NCBI GenBank assembly: GCA_030141605.1
Contig: JAQGDQ010001644.1
Location: 1-31,026 of the forward strand
DNA length: 31,026 bases
Direction of reading: 5' to 3'
Origin: Tubiluchus corallicola
Taxonomy: Eukaryota > Animalia > Priapulida
The notes beneath the pieces were generated by a model. The model was not told where the DNA came from. It saw nothing but the letters and a program-made list of their open reading frames with translations, and ran no database searches. The number at the start of each line of letters is the position of its first letter. Within the stretch, counting starts at the first letter, position 1. The position numbers were made by a program, and so were the translations under genes. Positions 1-14,077 of this stretch are shown here, one piece after another.

Positions 1-227
1 CATTCTTTATTCTGAACTCGTGTTTATAGAATCATCCGGTTTTTTCTTAAATTTCATCTAGTATGGAATGTGGCTGCATGTCCAGCCTTGACAAATGGAG
101 GCGGATTCTTATTAAAGAAATTAACTTTCAAATTTCGTCCCCTCTCTTCTCACCTGTTGTTATTTCAGCCTAATTGTCGTAGTCAAGTGCATATCCATCT
201 CATCTTTTGTTTTCACAACCTTTTCGG

Positions 228-628
228 CATCACGTGGTGCCACGTCATGGTGCTACAACATGGTGCCACGTGATGGTGCCACGTCGTTCTACGTCGTGGT
301 GCCACGTCATAGCATTACGTGATGGTGCTACGTCTGGTGCCACGTCATGGTGCTATGACATGGTGCTACGATGGTGTCACATCATAGCACTACGTGATGG
401 TGCTACGTCTGGTGCCACGTCATGGTGCCACGTGATGGTGCTACGTGATGGTGTCACATCATAGCACTACGTGATGGTGTCACATCATAGCACTACGTGA
501 TAGTGTCACGTCATGGCGCTACGTCATGGTGCCACGTCATGGTGTTACGTGATGGTGTCACATCATAGCACTACGTGATGGTGCTACGTCTGGTGCCACG
601 TCATGGTGCTACGTTTTGGTGTCACGTC
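228..628. repeat. ~13-bp CpG-rich tandem array (YACGTSATGGTGC), left arm
   Basis: Repeated CACGTCATGGTGC / TACGTGATGGTGC units with CATCATAGCAC variants. About 71 bp longer than its mirror, judged from the shift in mirror offset (6560 vs 6631). Confidence 0.92.
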
Positions 629-690
629 GCAATACTACAATTTGTTATGAATATAACCTAGCCAAAATTAATAAAATTATACATTTCCAG

Positions 691-1472
691 TTCTGTTCTG
701 TCCTGTCCTGCCCTGTTGTGTCCTGTCCTGTCCTGCTCTGTCCTGTCCTGTCCTGTCCTGTCCTGTCCTGTCCTGTCCTGCCCTGCCCTGTCCTGTCCTG
801 TCCTGCTCTGCTCTGCTCTGTTCTGTCCTGTCCTGCCCTGTTGTGTCCTGTCCTGTCCTGCTCTGTTCTGTCCTGTCCTGTCCTGTCCTGTCTTGTCCTG
901 TCCTGTCCTGTCCTGTCCTGTCCTGTCCTGTCCTGTCCTGTCCTGCTCTGTTCTGCCCTGTCCTGTCCTGTCCTGTCCTGTCCTGTCCTGTCTTGTCCTG
1001 CCCTGTCCTGTCCTGTCCTGTCCTGCTCTGCTCTGTTCTGTCCTGTCCTGCCCTGTCCTGTCCTGTCCTGTCCTGTCCTGTCCTGTCCTGCCCTGTCCTG
1101 TCCTGTCCTGCTCTGCTCTGCTCTGTTCTGTCCTGTCCTGCCCTGTTGTGTCCTGTCCTGTCCTGCTCTGTTCTGTCCTGTCCTGTCCTGTACTTTCCTG
1201 TCCTTTCATGTCTTGTCCTGTCCTGTCCTTTGATGTCTTGTCCTGTCCTTTCTTGTGCTGTTCTGTCCTGTCCTTGTCCTGTGCTCTCCTGTGATGTGCT
1301 GTCCTGTCCTGTCCTGTCCTGTTCTGTCCTGCCCTGTCGTATGTTGTGTTGTTCTGTCCTGTCCTGTGCTCTCCTGTGATGTGCTGTCCTGTACCGTCCC
1401 GTCCTGTCCTATCCCATCTTGTCCTGCCCTGTTCTGTCCCATCCTGTCCTGCCCTGTCCTGTCCTGTCCTGT
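691..1472. repeat. (TCCTG)n pentanucleotide satellite, left arm
   Basis: Direct reading. Variants CTCTG, TTCTG and CCCTG; degenerates toward the inner end. Source of the CPVLS/GQDRT ORFs. Confidence 0.98.
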
Positions 1473-1479
1473 CTTTGAT

Positions 1480-3232
<1,753 letters not shown>

Positions 3233-5167
3233 TATATGCATGTATAGTATATATATGTACATATAAACTATATATAAAAATCTATTGTTCTAGTGAATTA
3301 GTGAATACATATGTAAGAAGCTTTGTTTTTTGTATATTTGCTTGTATTAACCTGTTATTTCACTTGAACTTTGTCATCTGTTAACAGACAGCTCAGTATA
3401 GTTTTAATGTAAGAAAAATATATAAACAAACTGAATTTTATGGCTTTATTAGAAATAAAGTATCAAATATTCTACGTTCTTTAAGTATATGCGTTCAGAA
3501 CATTTCGTATGCGTTCTTATCTCTTACCACACATGCAGCAGTACGAAAATCAACATAACTATCATTTCTGCCTATGTGCTACTACAAATGTACCGCTTTT
3601 GTAACTTTGTAAGGCCTTTTCGGGCACACAGATTAGCAACGACCTTGGACCGCTAGGTTTGTAATAAAGCACGCCGTATGAAAAGCCGTTACTTCCCTCG
3701 TGTGGTGATTTTATGTGTTTTTAGCAAAGCGAACGCCATTAAATCTAAAACTCGTCCCCTAGAGGTGACGCCCAAACAATTCCATCATTCATAAGAACAG
3801 CTTCGTAGTAAAGGGTTACTATTTACTATAATTGTCCGGGGGTGATTCTTCACCGAGGGTTGAACGTGGTCTATACCACACACCACTTTAACAGCAACTA
3901 ATTGTGGGGGAATTACGCAGACTTCCGCCCGCTTGCTTGCCTGTTGGAAATGAGGAAGATTTTTACCTGGATACAAGGTGCCCGACGCCCCGCCATGGTG
4001 AGTCCTTGCGGTTTTGTACGACGGTTATCCTTGAGCATAGAACTACACATGCCACTGCCAACATGAAGACGTATGGACGATTGTATGTACTATTTTGATT
4101 GCCACGGGCTATTCCAGGTAAGCACTTCTACTCCCCGCCATATCATACGTATGTAACAGGTCATGAAAATTTAATTTGCTAAATTGTTTCGCCTACTCAT
4201 TCGGCGTGTAATAGGTTGTAATTAGACGGAAAATATTTAAACTTTAAATCTTCTTACGTTGATCTCTTAATTAAGGGAAAAACAAGCTTTAATTACAGGT
4301 ACTCGTGTTGCTATTGTTTTTGGGATAAACCTACTACACATGCGCGGTTGGGGGTCGTTGAAATTCTCGACCAGGAGGGGGTAAAAGCCGACATATCGGG
4401 TTTGGAGTTGGCAAGAAAATGCCTCGATTGTCAGACGTGGAGACTGTTTAAATCAAGAAAGGTTCTCGTACTTTAAAGACGTCATTACATAGTCACGGTG
4501 GCTTTGCTTAAGTGTATCAACAGACTTCGTCAAGTGCTTGAAATTTTCTGCAGCTAGGATAAAAGGCGTATTGTTGTGGTGGCTGTTACTGTGTCGAGAT
4601 TAGCATAGTTGCAGACTTGCTAGTCTAGAGAGATCTATTCAGCCTTTTGCACGTGCGAATGCTAAAAGCTTGGATAATTCAAACATTCCACGAGTGATTA
4701 CGAGAGTCGGTTCGATCCCCAGTCTGTTCCTTTCACTTATTCACGCCGTTCGAACTGCAGACAGATTTCCTGCTTTCTCTACAACAATAAATTTCATTCT
4801 ACTTTACATAATGCAGTCTCGCGAGTATCCAAGCATTTTTTCTAAGTTTAGCCTGTAAGTATTTGCGCAGTTTTTTAAGCGTTGCTTTATTTACATAATT
4901 GCTTTGTGACATTTTGAAACGCGCGTGCCAAACGCGAGAAAAACATCGCGTGTCTTGCCTGCAAAGTGGCTTACGATAGGTGGCTGATTATGCGTTAACT
5001 CTTTACACATAGGTACAAAGAAGCCATATGGTTTTTCATAGTATTAAGCTACCTAAAGCGAGGGGTTTCACCACGTTGTTTAAAAGAAAACAACCCCAAC
5101 TCTTAATGCCAAATGATATAATTACGAAATAGTGACTGGAAACATTTAGGGTAGGTATAGGATCAAA

Positions 5168-5940
5168 GGACAGGACATGAATGGACAGGACAAGACATCA
5201 ATGGACGGGACAGGACAGGACAGGACATGACATGAATGGACGGGACAGAACGGGACATGAATGGACAGGACAAGACATCAATGGACGGGACAGGACAAGA
5301 CATGAATGGACGGGACAGGACAGGACAGGACAGGACAGGACAGGACATGAATGGACGGGGCAGAACGGGACATGAATGGACAGGACAAGACATCAATGGA
5401 CGGGACAGGACAGGACAGGACAAGACAAGAATGGACGGGACAGAACGGGACATGAATGGACAGGACAAGACATGAATGGACAGGACAGGACAGGACAGGA
5501 CAGGACAGGACAGGACAGGACAGGACAGGACAGGACAGGACAGGACAGGACAGGACAGGACAGGACAGGACAGGACAGGACAGGACAGGACAGGACAGGA
5601 CAGGACAGGACAGGACAGGACAGGACAGGGCAGGACAGGACAGGACAGAGCAGAGCAGGACAGGACAGGACAGGACAGGACAGGACAGGACAGGGCAGGA
5701 CAGGGCAGAACAGGACAGGACAGGACAGGACAGGACAGGACAGGGCAGGGCAGGACAGGACAGAACAGAGCAGAGCAGAGCAGAGCAGAGCAGAGCAGGA
5801 CAGGACAGGACAGGACAGGACAGGACAGGACAGGACAGGACAGGACAGGACAGGACAGGACAGGACAGGACAGGACAGGACAGCACATCACAGGAGAGCA
5901 CAGGGCAGGACAGAACAGGACAGGACAGGACGGAACAGAA
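5168..5940. repeat. (CAGGA)n pentanucleotide satellite, right arm
   Basis: Direct reading. The inner part (5168-5480) has recurring CATGAATGGA / CATCAATGGA variant blocks. Confidence 0.98.
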
Positions 5941-6002
5941 CTGGAAATGTATAATTTTATTAATTTTGGCTAGGTTATATTCATAACAAATTGTAGTATT
6001 GC

Positions 6003-6333
6003 GACGTGACACCAAAACGTAGCGTACCATGACGTGGCACCAGACGTAGCACCATCACGTAGTGCTATGATGTGACACCATCACGTAGTGCTATGATGTG
6101 ACACCATCACGTAGCACCATCACGTGGCACCATGACGTGGCACCAGACGTAGCACCATCACGTAGTGCTATGATGTGACACCATCACGTAGCACCATGTC
6201 ATAGCACCATGACGTGGCACCAGACGTAGCACCATCACGTAATGCTATGACGTGGCACCATGACGTAGAACCATGACGTGGCACCATCACGTGGCACCAT
6301 GACGTAGCACCATGACGTGGCACCACGTGATGC
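6003..6333. repeat. ~13-bp tandem array (GCACCATSACGTR), right arm
   Basis: Reverse complement of the 228-628 array with fewer units. Confidence 0.92.
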
Positions 6334-6513
6334 CGAAAAGGTTGTGAAAACAAAAGATGAGATGGATATGCACTTGACTACGACAATTAGGCTGAAATAA
6401 CAACAGGTGAGAAGAGAGGGGACGAAATTTGAAAGTTAATTTCTTTAATAAGAATCCGCCTCCATTTGTCAAGGCTGGACATGCAGCCACATTCCATACT
6501 AGATGAAATTTAA

Positions 6514-7005
6514 GAAAAAACCGGATGATTCTATAAACACGAGTTCAGAATAAAGAATGCTCTAAAATATTGAAAACTACAAAAGCTTATTTTAAATCAA
6601 AGATTAGATTAAATAATAATTACCTCGGATACTGAAATTTTGTTAAACTTTCAAAGCTACGCGCGGCTCAGTAAATCTACTAAGATTGGCAGCGGTGCCT
6701 TTTTGTCACATTCGCGTGGCCGACAAATAGAAGGCGGTACCGTGATAAGCATGATCATGAACGCAATGTTAGTTTCTGACGCCATATGACGTAGAGCCCA
6801 TTTTCGTTACATCGCGCGTTGAAGCAGTAACACTTACGCAAACGTGCTTGACGCGCAAGGGAAGACGCCTGCCATTGCACAAACTGTTGTTAGTCTCTGA
6901 CGTAAGCAATTATTCAAATATAAGAATCAATTGCCAACTTTTACAGAATGTATATGTTTTCTGGAAAATGTATATTTTGGACAGCAAATTAAAATGAGAT
7001 TGAGT
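6514..7005 (+). mobile_element. Diverged copy of non-autonomous TTAA-flanked element family B (Kolobok-like)
   Basis: Aligns along its length with 16633-17154 (e.g. GAGTTCARAATAAAGAATGCTCTAAAATA, GTACCGTGATAAGCATG, AATTATTCAAATAT, GAAAATGTATATTTTG). TTAA at 6510-6513. Its first 46 bp are mirrored at 1-46. Confidence 0.75.
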
Positions 7006-7619
7006 TTAAACAATCATCTGAATTTCCTTTAACTGGTTCATTCTGTTAAAATCTGTCAAAGCACAAGGAAACATTGTCCATAAATAAAGCTTAAAAACTT
7101 GTTTTGAAATTTTGTGTCACTTATGTGCTGTCTTGTCTTATTGCGCACAGGGATTGTGCAAGCAGTAACGCTGTATAAAACTGATAAATTTAAGCTCCCG
7201 CAATGCCCGTTAGGCGCAGGTCATTCGAAACAAGTTTGAGAGCAACCGCAGCGCACACGTAACTAACTAAGTAAAATTATAAATTACTGTATCTTGTCAA
7301 TAACATTAAAAGTACGTTTTTTGGTTAGTGAGTGGCGCACCCTGGAAGTGAGTCCACAACATTTGGTGAAAAGATTTTAAATAATTAATAATTTTCTTTT
7401 CTAGTTACGTAAGTCTTTTAAGCAGGTAAGCAAAATGCTAAGTAATATAATTTTGCGTGGAAAGTTTTTTGGGGCATAGTTTAACATTTCCTTTTCTTCC
7501 CCCTATTTACGTTGTGCGTGTATGACGTCATGTAATGGTGCCGCCGGAACAGTACTGCGGGAAATCTAAAATGAAAACAAACAAAAATTCCGTTTAACGC
7601 GAATACGATATAGGCATAA

Positions 7620-7895
7620 AATTGCTATAAAGTAGTATAATTTTTAAGGCGATTTTTCTGAAAGCTACTTTCGGTGCCCCTTTTTCTCGTCCTTTCAACT
7701 TTACTTCCAGAAATTTTGTGAACAGACAGCGCTAAATTGTTAACTAAGATTCAAAATTGATATTTCAAGTGTCTAAGTTTTGATCACGATCACGATATTG
7801 TAAAAAGAATCTTTCGGAATTGCTGTAAAGTAATATAATTTCTTAATGCGACTTTTCTAAATCCTAAGTCAGGTACCCATTCTCTTGTCCTTTAA
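7620..7895 (+). repeat. Two diverged ~78-bp direct repeats, possibly duplicated transposon right ends
   Basis: AATTGCTRTAAAGTARTATAATTT...GTCCTTT at 7620-7695 and 7818-7893; the second copy ends GTCCT-TTAA. Confidence 0.65.
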
Positions 7896-8149
7896 GAACG
7901 GATCAAAAGTGTGTCAGGTTATGAGACAAAAGCCTGTGTGTGTTGGCTCTCCAACGTGGCTTCCCTTGCAGCATAAACTGTTCACAAAGAAGCCAGACAA
8001 TGCAGCTGTAAAGTTCACGCCTGGGCTAGCACAGGCTAAGCTCTATTATCAATTTATAAAGGTAATGACATCATCGATAAAAACGTGGGTGGCTCTCATG
8101 CAGTCATTGACACAGAAAATGCAAACAGTGCTCGTCTGAAAGCGAAAGC

Positions 8150-8266
8150 AAACCTCTGATCAATGAAGCCCCGCTATTTATACAGCTACCTACGAGCTCA
8201 CTCCACGAGCAAATAACTTTCACCCCCCCCCCGCCCCCGCATTGTCAATCCAGACCGGATCATTGG
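8150..8266 (-). promoter_or_regulatory. Candidate Pol II promoter (CCAAT, GC box, TATA)
   Basis: On the minus strand, in canonical order and spacing: CCAAT (8266-8262), GGGCGG in a G run (8236-8231), TATAAATA (8182-8175), then TCAG near 8157. No downstream coding exon identified. Confidence 0.4.
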
Positions 8267-8878
8267 CGTGTCGAGATTCGCACGTTATTGTTATCTAATT
8301 GCTAGGTCATTCTTTGGCTTCTTTTAAAGCAGGATTGTTGTCTGGCTTCAGCTACGGGATTCATTGCAAGATTGGGTCTTGCACACGTGGTCAGGGAAGG
8401 TCAAGCCTGCTAGGTGCTTATTTCAATGTCCGCAGAAATATTAGAAGGATTTAGTAATGAAACTGCAATAAGCGTCTCGTTTAATTAGTAAAATCACTTT
8501 ATAGTCGCGATCACTTCATGTTTGCAGGCTCCCATTTTCAATGCCCATTGTTCTTCCAATGACGTCATTCGTGCTGAACAAAAGTAGCGCCACTGTCAAT
8601 GTTTATCGAAAGTGTAATTAGTTTTTATAGAAAAATTAGATAGCTGATTTTGTAATATTTTTGCACGAACATTAGGTAAGCTGCAGAAGTTTGAATTAGT
8701 TTAATCGGCGCGCCCTTACGGAAAGCCACGACGTGCTTACGAAAACTCACGAAGTCTCCCAGTTACGTCATGCTTTTCAAGCTAATGGCGCCTGAGAATT
8801 TCTATTCAGAGGTAGTTTATTTTAAATTTATACTTTATAGGCAGTTCTTTGCAAATTTCTTTGTTATATTTTTCTAAG

Positions 8879-9292
8879 TTAAAGTGATAACAGTAAAATA
8901 AACCCAACATAATGAGTGACTTGTTCTTTCCTTTAGCACACCACAAACAGTTTAAGTTATACCAGTAAAATAAACATAACATAATGAGTGACTTGTTCTT
9001 TCCTTTAGCACACCACAAACAGTTTAAGTGATAACAGTAAAATAAACATAACATAATGAGTGACTTGTTCTTTCCTTTAGCACACCACAAACAGTTTAAG
9101 TGATAACAGTAAAATAAACATAACATAATGAGTGACTTGTTCTTTCCTTTAGCACACCACAAACAGTTTAAGTGATAACAGTAAAATAAACATAACATAA
9201 TGAGTGACTTGTTCTTTCCTTTAGCACACCACAAACAGTTTAAGTTATACCAGTAAAAAAAAAAACATAATGAGTGACTCGTTCTTTCTTTT
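8879..9292. repeat. 72-bp minisatellite, ~5.7 copies
   Basis: Unit AAGTGATAACAGTAAAATAAACATAACATAATGAGTGACTTGTTCTTTCCTTTAGCACACCACAAACAGTTT starts at 8882, 8954, 9026, 9098, 9170 and 9242. Copies 2 and 6 share the GTTATACCAG variant. Confidence 0.97.
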
Positions 9293-10873
9293 AAAAGAAG
9301 CCTTTACTTGGCTAAAACCTGCCCGAAGTCTAGAAATAAAACGCTGCGTGCTAGAAAACCTTAATCAGTTATGAAAATGGAGCGTTTTAAAAATAGAAAG
9401 ACTTATTAGCTGACCTTTAGCGGTTTATTTTTAATGCCGGTTTAATTTTCTGCAATCGCTTTGCCGCAATCGGCTTCTGTTGACTCAAAACCTTTGCCAT
9501 TTCTCGGTTTAACGTTTTGGTGGGCGATTTCCAGGAAATAACCCATAAACGTGTCACGTAGGCAGCTCATATGCGTACGTTTAGAATATAAAATCTTTCC
9601 CCTGTAGCACATCGTAAAACAAGCACGCCCATAAGCTATTAAGGACCCACTTTAACTGCATTTAACACTAAGTCTTATTTTCAGGAATGTAACGGTTTTC
9701 AGGAAGCAGATGCACTACACGGAAGAAAGATTTCCCAGATTTCCCACTCGTTGCCAAATGACGTCATAATTTGCCGTTGTTTGTTGATAATTGTTATCAT
9801 TGTTTTGTGTAGAGCAGATTAGTTCTTGTTTACATTTGTTTATCTCGCATGCAGTGAAGCTGCTCGAATGTCATGGTATGGTAGCTAGGAGGGGCTATCA
9901 TTCGATTGATTTCTCTCTCTCCCCGGGGGAAGTTAAACTGCCGTGCGCAGGACGCCTTGCACGAGTCACGCACACCTGGGCCGAGGATATAATCAGACCT
10001 ACGGCAGGTAGTCAGTCTGTTTCGCTCGTCACAATGAGACTTAAACTTGCCAATTGTTACTGCTATAACCCTTTGCTATGTTTTGCACATCTAGATGTTC
10101 AATTGGCATTACGAAATGCGAGCTCTTGCATCTTGGAAAGCGTGCATATGACGTCTTCTTGGCTTCTGCATTACTCGGTAAGTTTGCTAAATTTGCAATT
10201 TTGCGCGCTAATGCCTTTAAGAATATTCCGCGCTCGCAAACGTAGTCTGCTAGGTACGCGTTGTCTTTTAAAAAGCTTTTTCACACATAAATAGAAGTTT
10301 AGAGACGAGATAGTTCAAACGTGGATGCAAAATGCTTTTGTTTAGTTTTGATTTGCTTGTTTTGTCTAACAAGGTTATGTTATTCTATGCAAGTCACCTT
10401 TCGAATAGAACTAGCAGCAATTTTATAACAAGCGAGGAAGTATGCTACATTGCCAATAGAACTAAAATATGCATTGAACCGCAGCGGTGCACTACGAAAT
10501 CAACTGAGGTTTCTGCCCCGTAGTTTAGAAAGTCTCAAATACCAGGCACCAGATTAATTATCACGCGCGGGCCTTGTAATTAGCCTTCGTACAGCAACGA
10601 AATCAAGTTTTTGAAATTAATTTTGAAAGGATACGTCTTGGTCAAACGAATGATTTTTCTAAGTTTTATCGAAAACAGTTTGACGGATGATTTTGAGCAT
10701 GTAAATGAACGTCAAATTTAATGTCCAGCAAGTGTGAGATTTCTATAATGATGACAGTCAAAATTGTTTGCCCGGCAAAACGTCTCAAAACGTTTCTGTT
10801 TAGCTTGTGTTGAATAATGTCCATATTTTGCTTTTTGTGTTTTCTGGTAAAATTTATTACAAACCAATAGCGA

Positions 10874-11471
10874 AGCAAACCCGGACCCAATCTTAAACTG
10901 CAGCTCAAAACAATCTACTCTTAAAAATATTGAAAGGAAACATACTATTTTTTAAAGAATGACTTACGTAAAAGAATGATTACCACACAAAGACAATTTC
11001 GCGTTCGCGCCACTAGTTTTTCGCTAGTTATACGGGCACTAGCGCCTGCATTTCGGAAACGCGTAGCACAAAAACAGGTGCTGTACTTGTTAGTTAGTTA
11101 GATTTGTTAGTTTGTGACGTACTGCACACGTTCGACAGCTTATCCGTGAGTGCAGTGGTAAATTTGATGTTTGAATTTTTATCTTAAAACTTGCCTAGTT
11201 TTAGTACAACACGCTCGAATATCTTACAGTAGCACTGTACTTCAATTTTCTGTCTCGCATACAAATGCAACACGCTCGTGGAATGTTTTTTCTGTTGAAA
11301 ATTACGTCAGTTTGTGATGTCATGAATAGTTGGGCTCGCCCGCCGCTAACTAAGTTTTTAATCTATTATTTAATGATATGAAACGCTTTTGCAGTATTAA
11401 TTGTTTTAAAATGTATAGTTTTTATTCGACTTGAAAATGGGGCAGTGTATGAAAAATCATCTCGTCTTTCT
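10874..11471 (+). mobile_element. Diverged copy of Kolobok-like family A
   Basis: Shares CCGGACCCAAT, TTCGCGCCACTA, ACGGGCACTAGCGCCTGC and ATATCTTACAGTAGCACTGTACTTCAATTTTC with 15122-15838. Ends CT-TTAA (11472-11475); the left TTAA is absent. Confidence 0.78.
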
Positions 11472-13023
11472 TTAAACAAACGCGACTCTCTATTGCTTTT
11501 GCCGATGTCTGACCATTTGAGACGTTTCTTTCCCCGTGTAAAATACTGGGATGAGTTTGTGAGGCGGGTGTTAAAATTTAAAATCGGACATTTTTAGTTT
11601 ATATTAGTTTAGGGTTTTTTGTATTTGAAAATATTATGCTGTATTTTATAATGAGCTGTTAGATGAGAACGATTGCAGCAGCAGCAACAGCGACAGCGAC
11701 AGTGAGGCCCTTGAATAAAAACATTAGTAAATCATCATCAATAGCGTCTTTCGCGACTTTGATATTGAAGTCTGAACAGCTGCATAGCCCAATTTTACAA
11801 AATCAAACATTTCAGAGTCAAAACAGTGCAGTGGGGGTAAAAATGTGAAAAAAACACACTGAATAAAACAACGTTAATAACTTCGCTTGCTCGGTGGTCT
11901 TAAAAATAATGAAAAATAATCCATGAAAACAGAAAATCCTACACGCTCTATTAAAAACTTTGAAGATTATAAGTAATTGCGTGATTTAAAAGAACCGGTA
12001 AAATCCAGGCTGAATTTTCTTTTCACATCTTCTACTAATTTTACAGTGGAACTTTTTAATTGTTTCGGTGAAGTAAAAAAGTGTTGCTAACTTTACTTGA
12101 TTTTATTTCAGTTGCATTTATTGCTTTGAGCCAAAGTTACGTGAACTGAAAGCTTTCTAAATACGTGGTCTTTAAGAGTTTTTATTCCAACTCGAATGCT
12201 CATTTTTTACTGACTTTGAGTACGTATTGTTGTGGATATCTGTGATTTTTCTACTGCCAAAAACCAACATGGCAACCTTTTCATTTTCGCCAAAGTCGCG
12301 ACAAAGAAAGTTTTTCTGTTTTACTAGAATTACCAGAGAAAGGAACTTTTGACAATAGACTTTTGAGAAAGGGTTGATCACACAATTTCTTCAGGTCTTT
12401 TGATAACCCACAGTTAGCACCAATTCAGTTTAATTCCTTCGGGGCATTACAAAAGTCAGGTTTGGTGTTGCAAAGAATTCATCAGCATTGTGAAAATGTA
12501 AAAAACTCAACTGTAGCGTTTACGGTGCTTATGTAGTCTATTCCTATCCTTCCTGTGGTTGTGGTATGTCTGCGTATGTGTGTGTACGCTGGCAGTGAAA
12601 GTGGTGCCTGGATGAAGCTGTGATAGACGTAAATTCTAAGCCGCTAATTAAGAATTATTGTAAATTCACTTTTAATGGTATGCAAAGTGGCTGAAACAAG
12701 TGAAATTATTGTTAAACCGGCGTGTTGGCATGAGTGAACAATCGAGAGCTGTAGTGCACGGTGTGTAGGTAATAACCCGTGTGTGTGTTTTGCCAAGATT
12801 ATATGTTTAAAGACTGGTCTGGGTGGTTAGGAACTGGTTGTTAGCAAATTAAAGGAAGCGGGTATGACAGTGGAACTGTGCCGCGTTAGTTTCATTCATG
12901 AATTTTGCTGCAGAGACGATTATTTTTAAGGGCGTAGCCATCTAGCTAAGTTGAGAAAGGACCAGCGTTGCTGGCAGCTATTACGTATGTATAATTATTA
13001 TTTGCTACGTTAGGAGCGCCGTT

Positions 13024-13049
13024 TCATCATCATCATCATCATCATCATT

Positions 13050-13080
<31 letters not shown>

Positions 13081-13089
13081 CTATCATCA

Positions 13090-13130
<41 letters not shown>

Positions 13131-13256
13131 TCATCATCGCCATCATCACCATCATCATCGTCGTCATCATCATCATCATCATCGTCGTCGTCGTCATCGT
13201 CATCATCATCGTCGTCATCATCATCATCATCATCATCATTATCACAACCATCATCA
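13024..13256. repeat. (ATC)n/(GTC)n microsatellite
   Basis: Direct reading. Confidence 0.98.
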
Positions 13257-14005
13257 GTGCTCATTTAGACACTAGGCGTGCAGAATTATAAAATAAAATA
13301 AAAGAAATCTGTTCTCAAGTCAGGTGAACACAGCACTAATCCAGCAAGAAACTGCAATGGCAGCGGCTTGTCAGCACCCCTTTCGAGCACCATTTACAAG
13401 TTCGAGAGTAACCAATGAGAGCACAAACAATGTCGTTGCCATTGGTTACGTTAATAAATATATGCTAACCACGTGTTACTGACTCTTCTCTTGGATATTT
13501 TCTCGCCTACTGAATTTATTTGTGCTGTTTTTATAGATTATTTGCATTTGAAGTTTTGTTGACGAGATCATTTAAAATGTGTCTATATCTACGCCAATAA
13601 TATTGCTTATAAATACATCTTAATATACCTGCATTTTTGCGAAAAAAAACTTGAAAATGATTTAAATTAGGTTTTCTGCAAGATGTCTAGGGTTTTCATT
13701 GTTGTCAATAACACAAGTTTTATTGATATAAGGGATATATAATAATAATAATGCATACTAACTTCTTTCTGGAAAATTCCATTTTTTGCTTTCTTTGGAA
13801 GTTTTTTGGATGTTTAAATTTCTCTACTTATACGTAAAGATTAGAGAGTTTCTGGGACAGTACAGTCTTATGGAGAAAATTTTTTGCTGCTAATTAGACC
13901 TAATTGTAGCTGCAAAAGTCGCTTATTTTTTATTGTTAATTAATTATGACTCTAATTATCAGAATTGTGGCTAATGAGTTGGAGAAAGTCGACATTGAAA
14001 AATTG

Positions 14006-14077
14006 TGGACTAGTCGGGATTTGAACTCGAGAGCTGAGATTAGTACTCCCACGCTCTACCGCCTAAGCTACCAGCCC
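14006..14077 (-). pseudogene. tRNA-like sequence (tRNA pseudogene or SINE head), nominal anticodon ACT
   Basis: The minus strand GGGCTGG TA GCTT AGGCGGTA GAGC G TGGGA GTACTAA TCTCA GCTC TCGAG TTCAAAT CCCGA CTAGTCC A folds as a 72-nt cloverleaf with A and B boxes and a T5 run just downstream. G32 and an A:C mismatch in the T stem are non-canonical. Confidence 0.8.

Larger units (their letters stand above)
1..1479 (+). repeat. Left arm of large modular inverted repeat (foldback-like); continues beyond window start
   Basis: 1-~255 is the near-exact reverse complement of ~6305-6559, and the mirrored 67-aa ORFs differ at one residue. 614-690 mirrors 5941-6017. Both arms carry the 13-bp array and then the TCCTG array, and both end inward at TTTGAT (1474-1479 / ATCAAA 5162-5167). 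Confidence 0.93.
5162..6559 (-). repeat. Right arm of large modular inverted repeat
   Basis: Reverse complement of the modules in 1-1479. The outer limit cannot be set because the left arm is cut by the window edge. Confidence 0.93.

Noticed and set aside
3904-3998. PACLP....F...TRC resemblance to a trypsin-like protease segment
   Set aside because: No GWG after the Cys, no DIALL before it, and no catalytic His or Ser motifs nearby.
3233-5161. Transposase in the foldback loop
   Set aside because: No long ORF and no recognisable DDE or DNA-binding motif.
5163-6030. Overlapping 165-250-aa ORFs
   Set aside because: Pentamer satellite artefacts.
8806-9234. Cys/His repeat ORF as a zinc-finger array
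   Set aside because: Spacing does not fit C2H2, and the copies are identical at the nucleotide level; a 72-bp VNTR explains it.
9791-10294. 167-aa ORF and a GTAAGT donor near 10178
   Set aside because: Non-ATG start, no recognisable domain, and no partner exon found.
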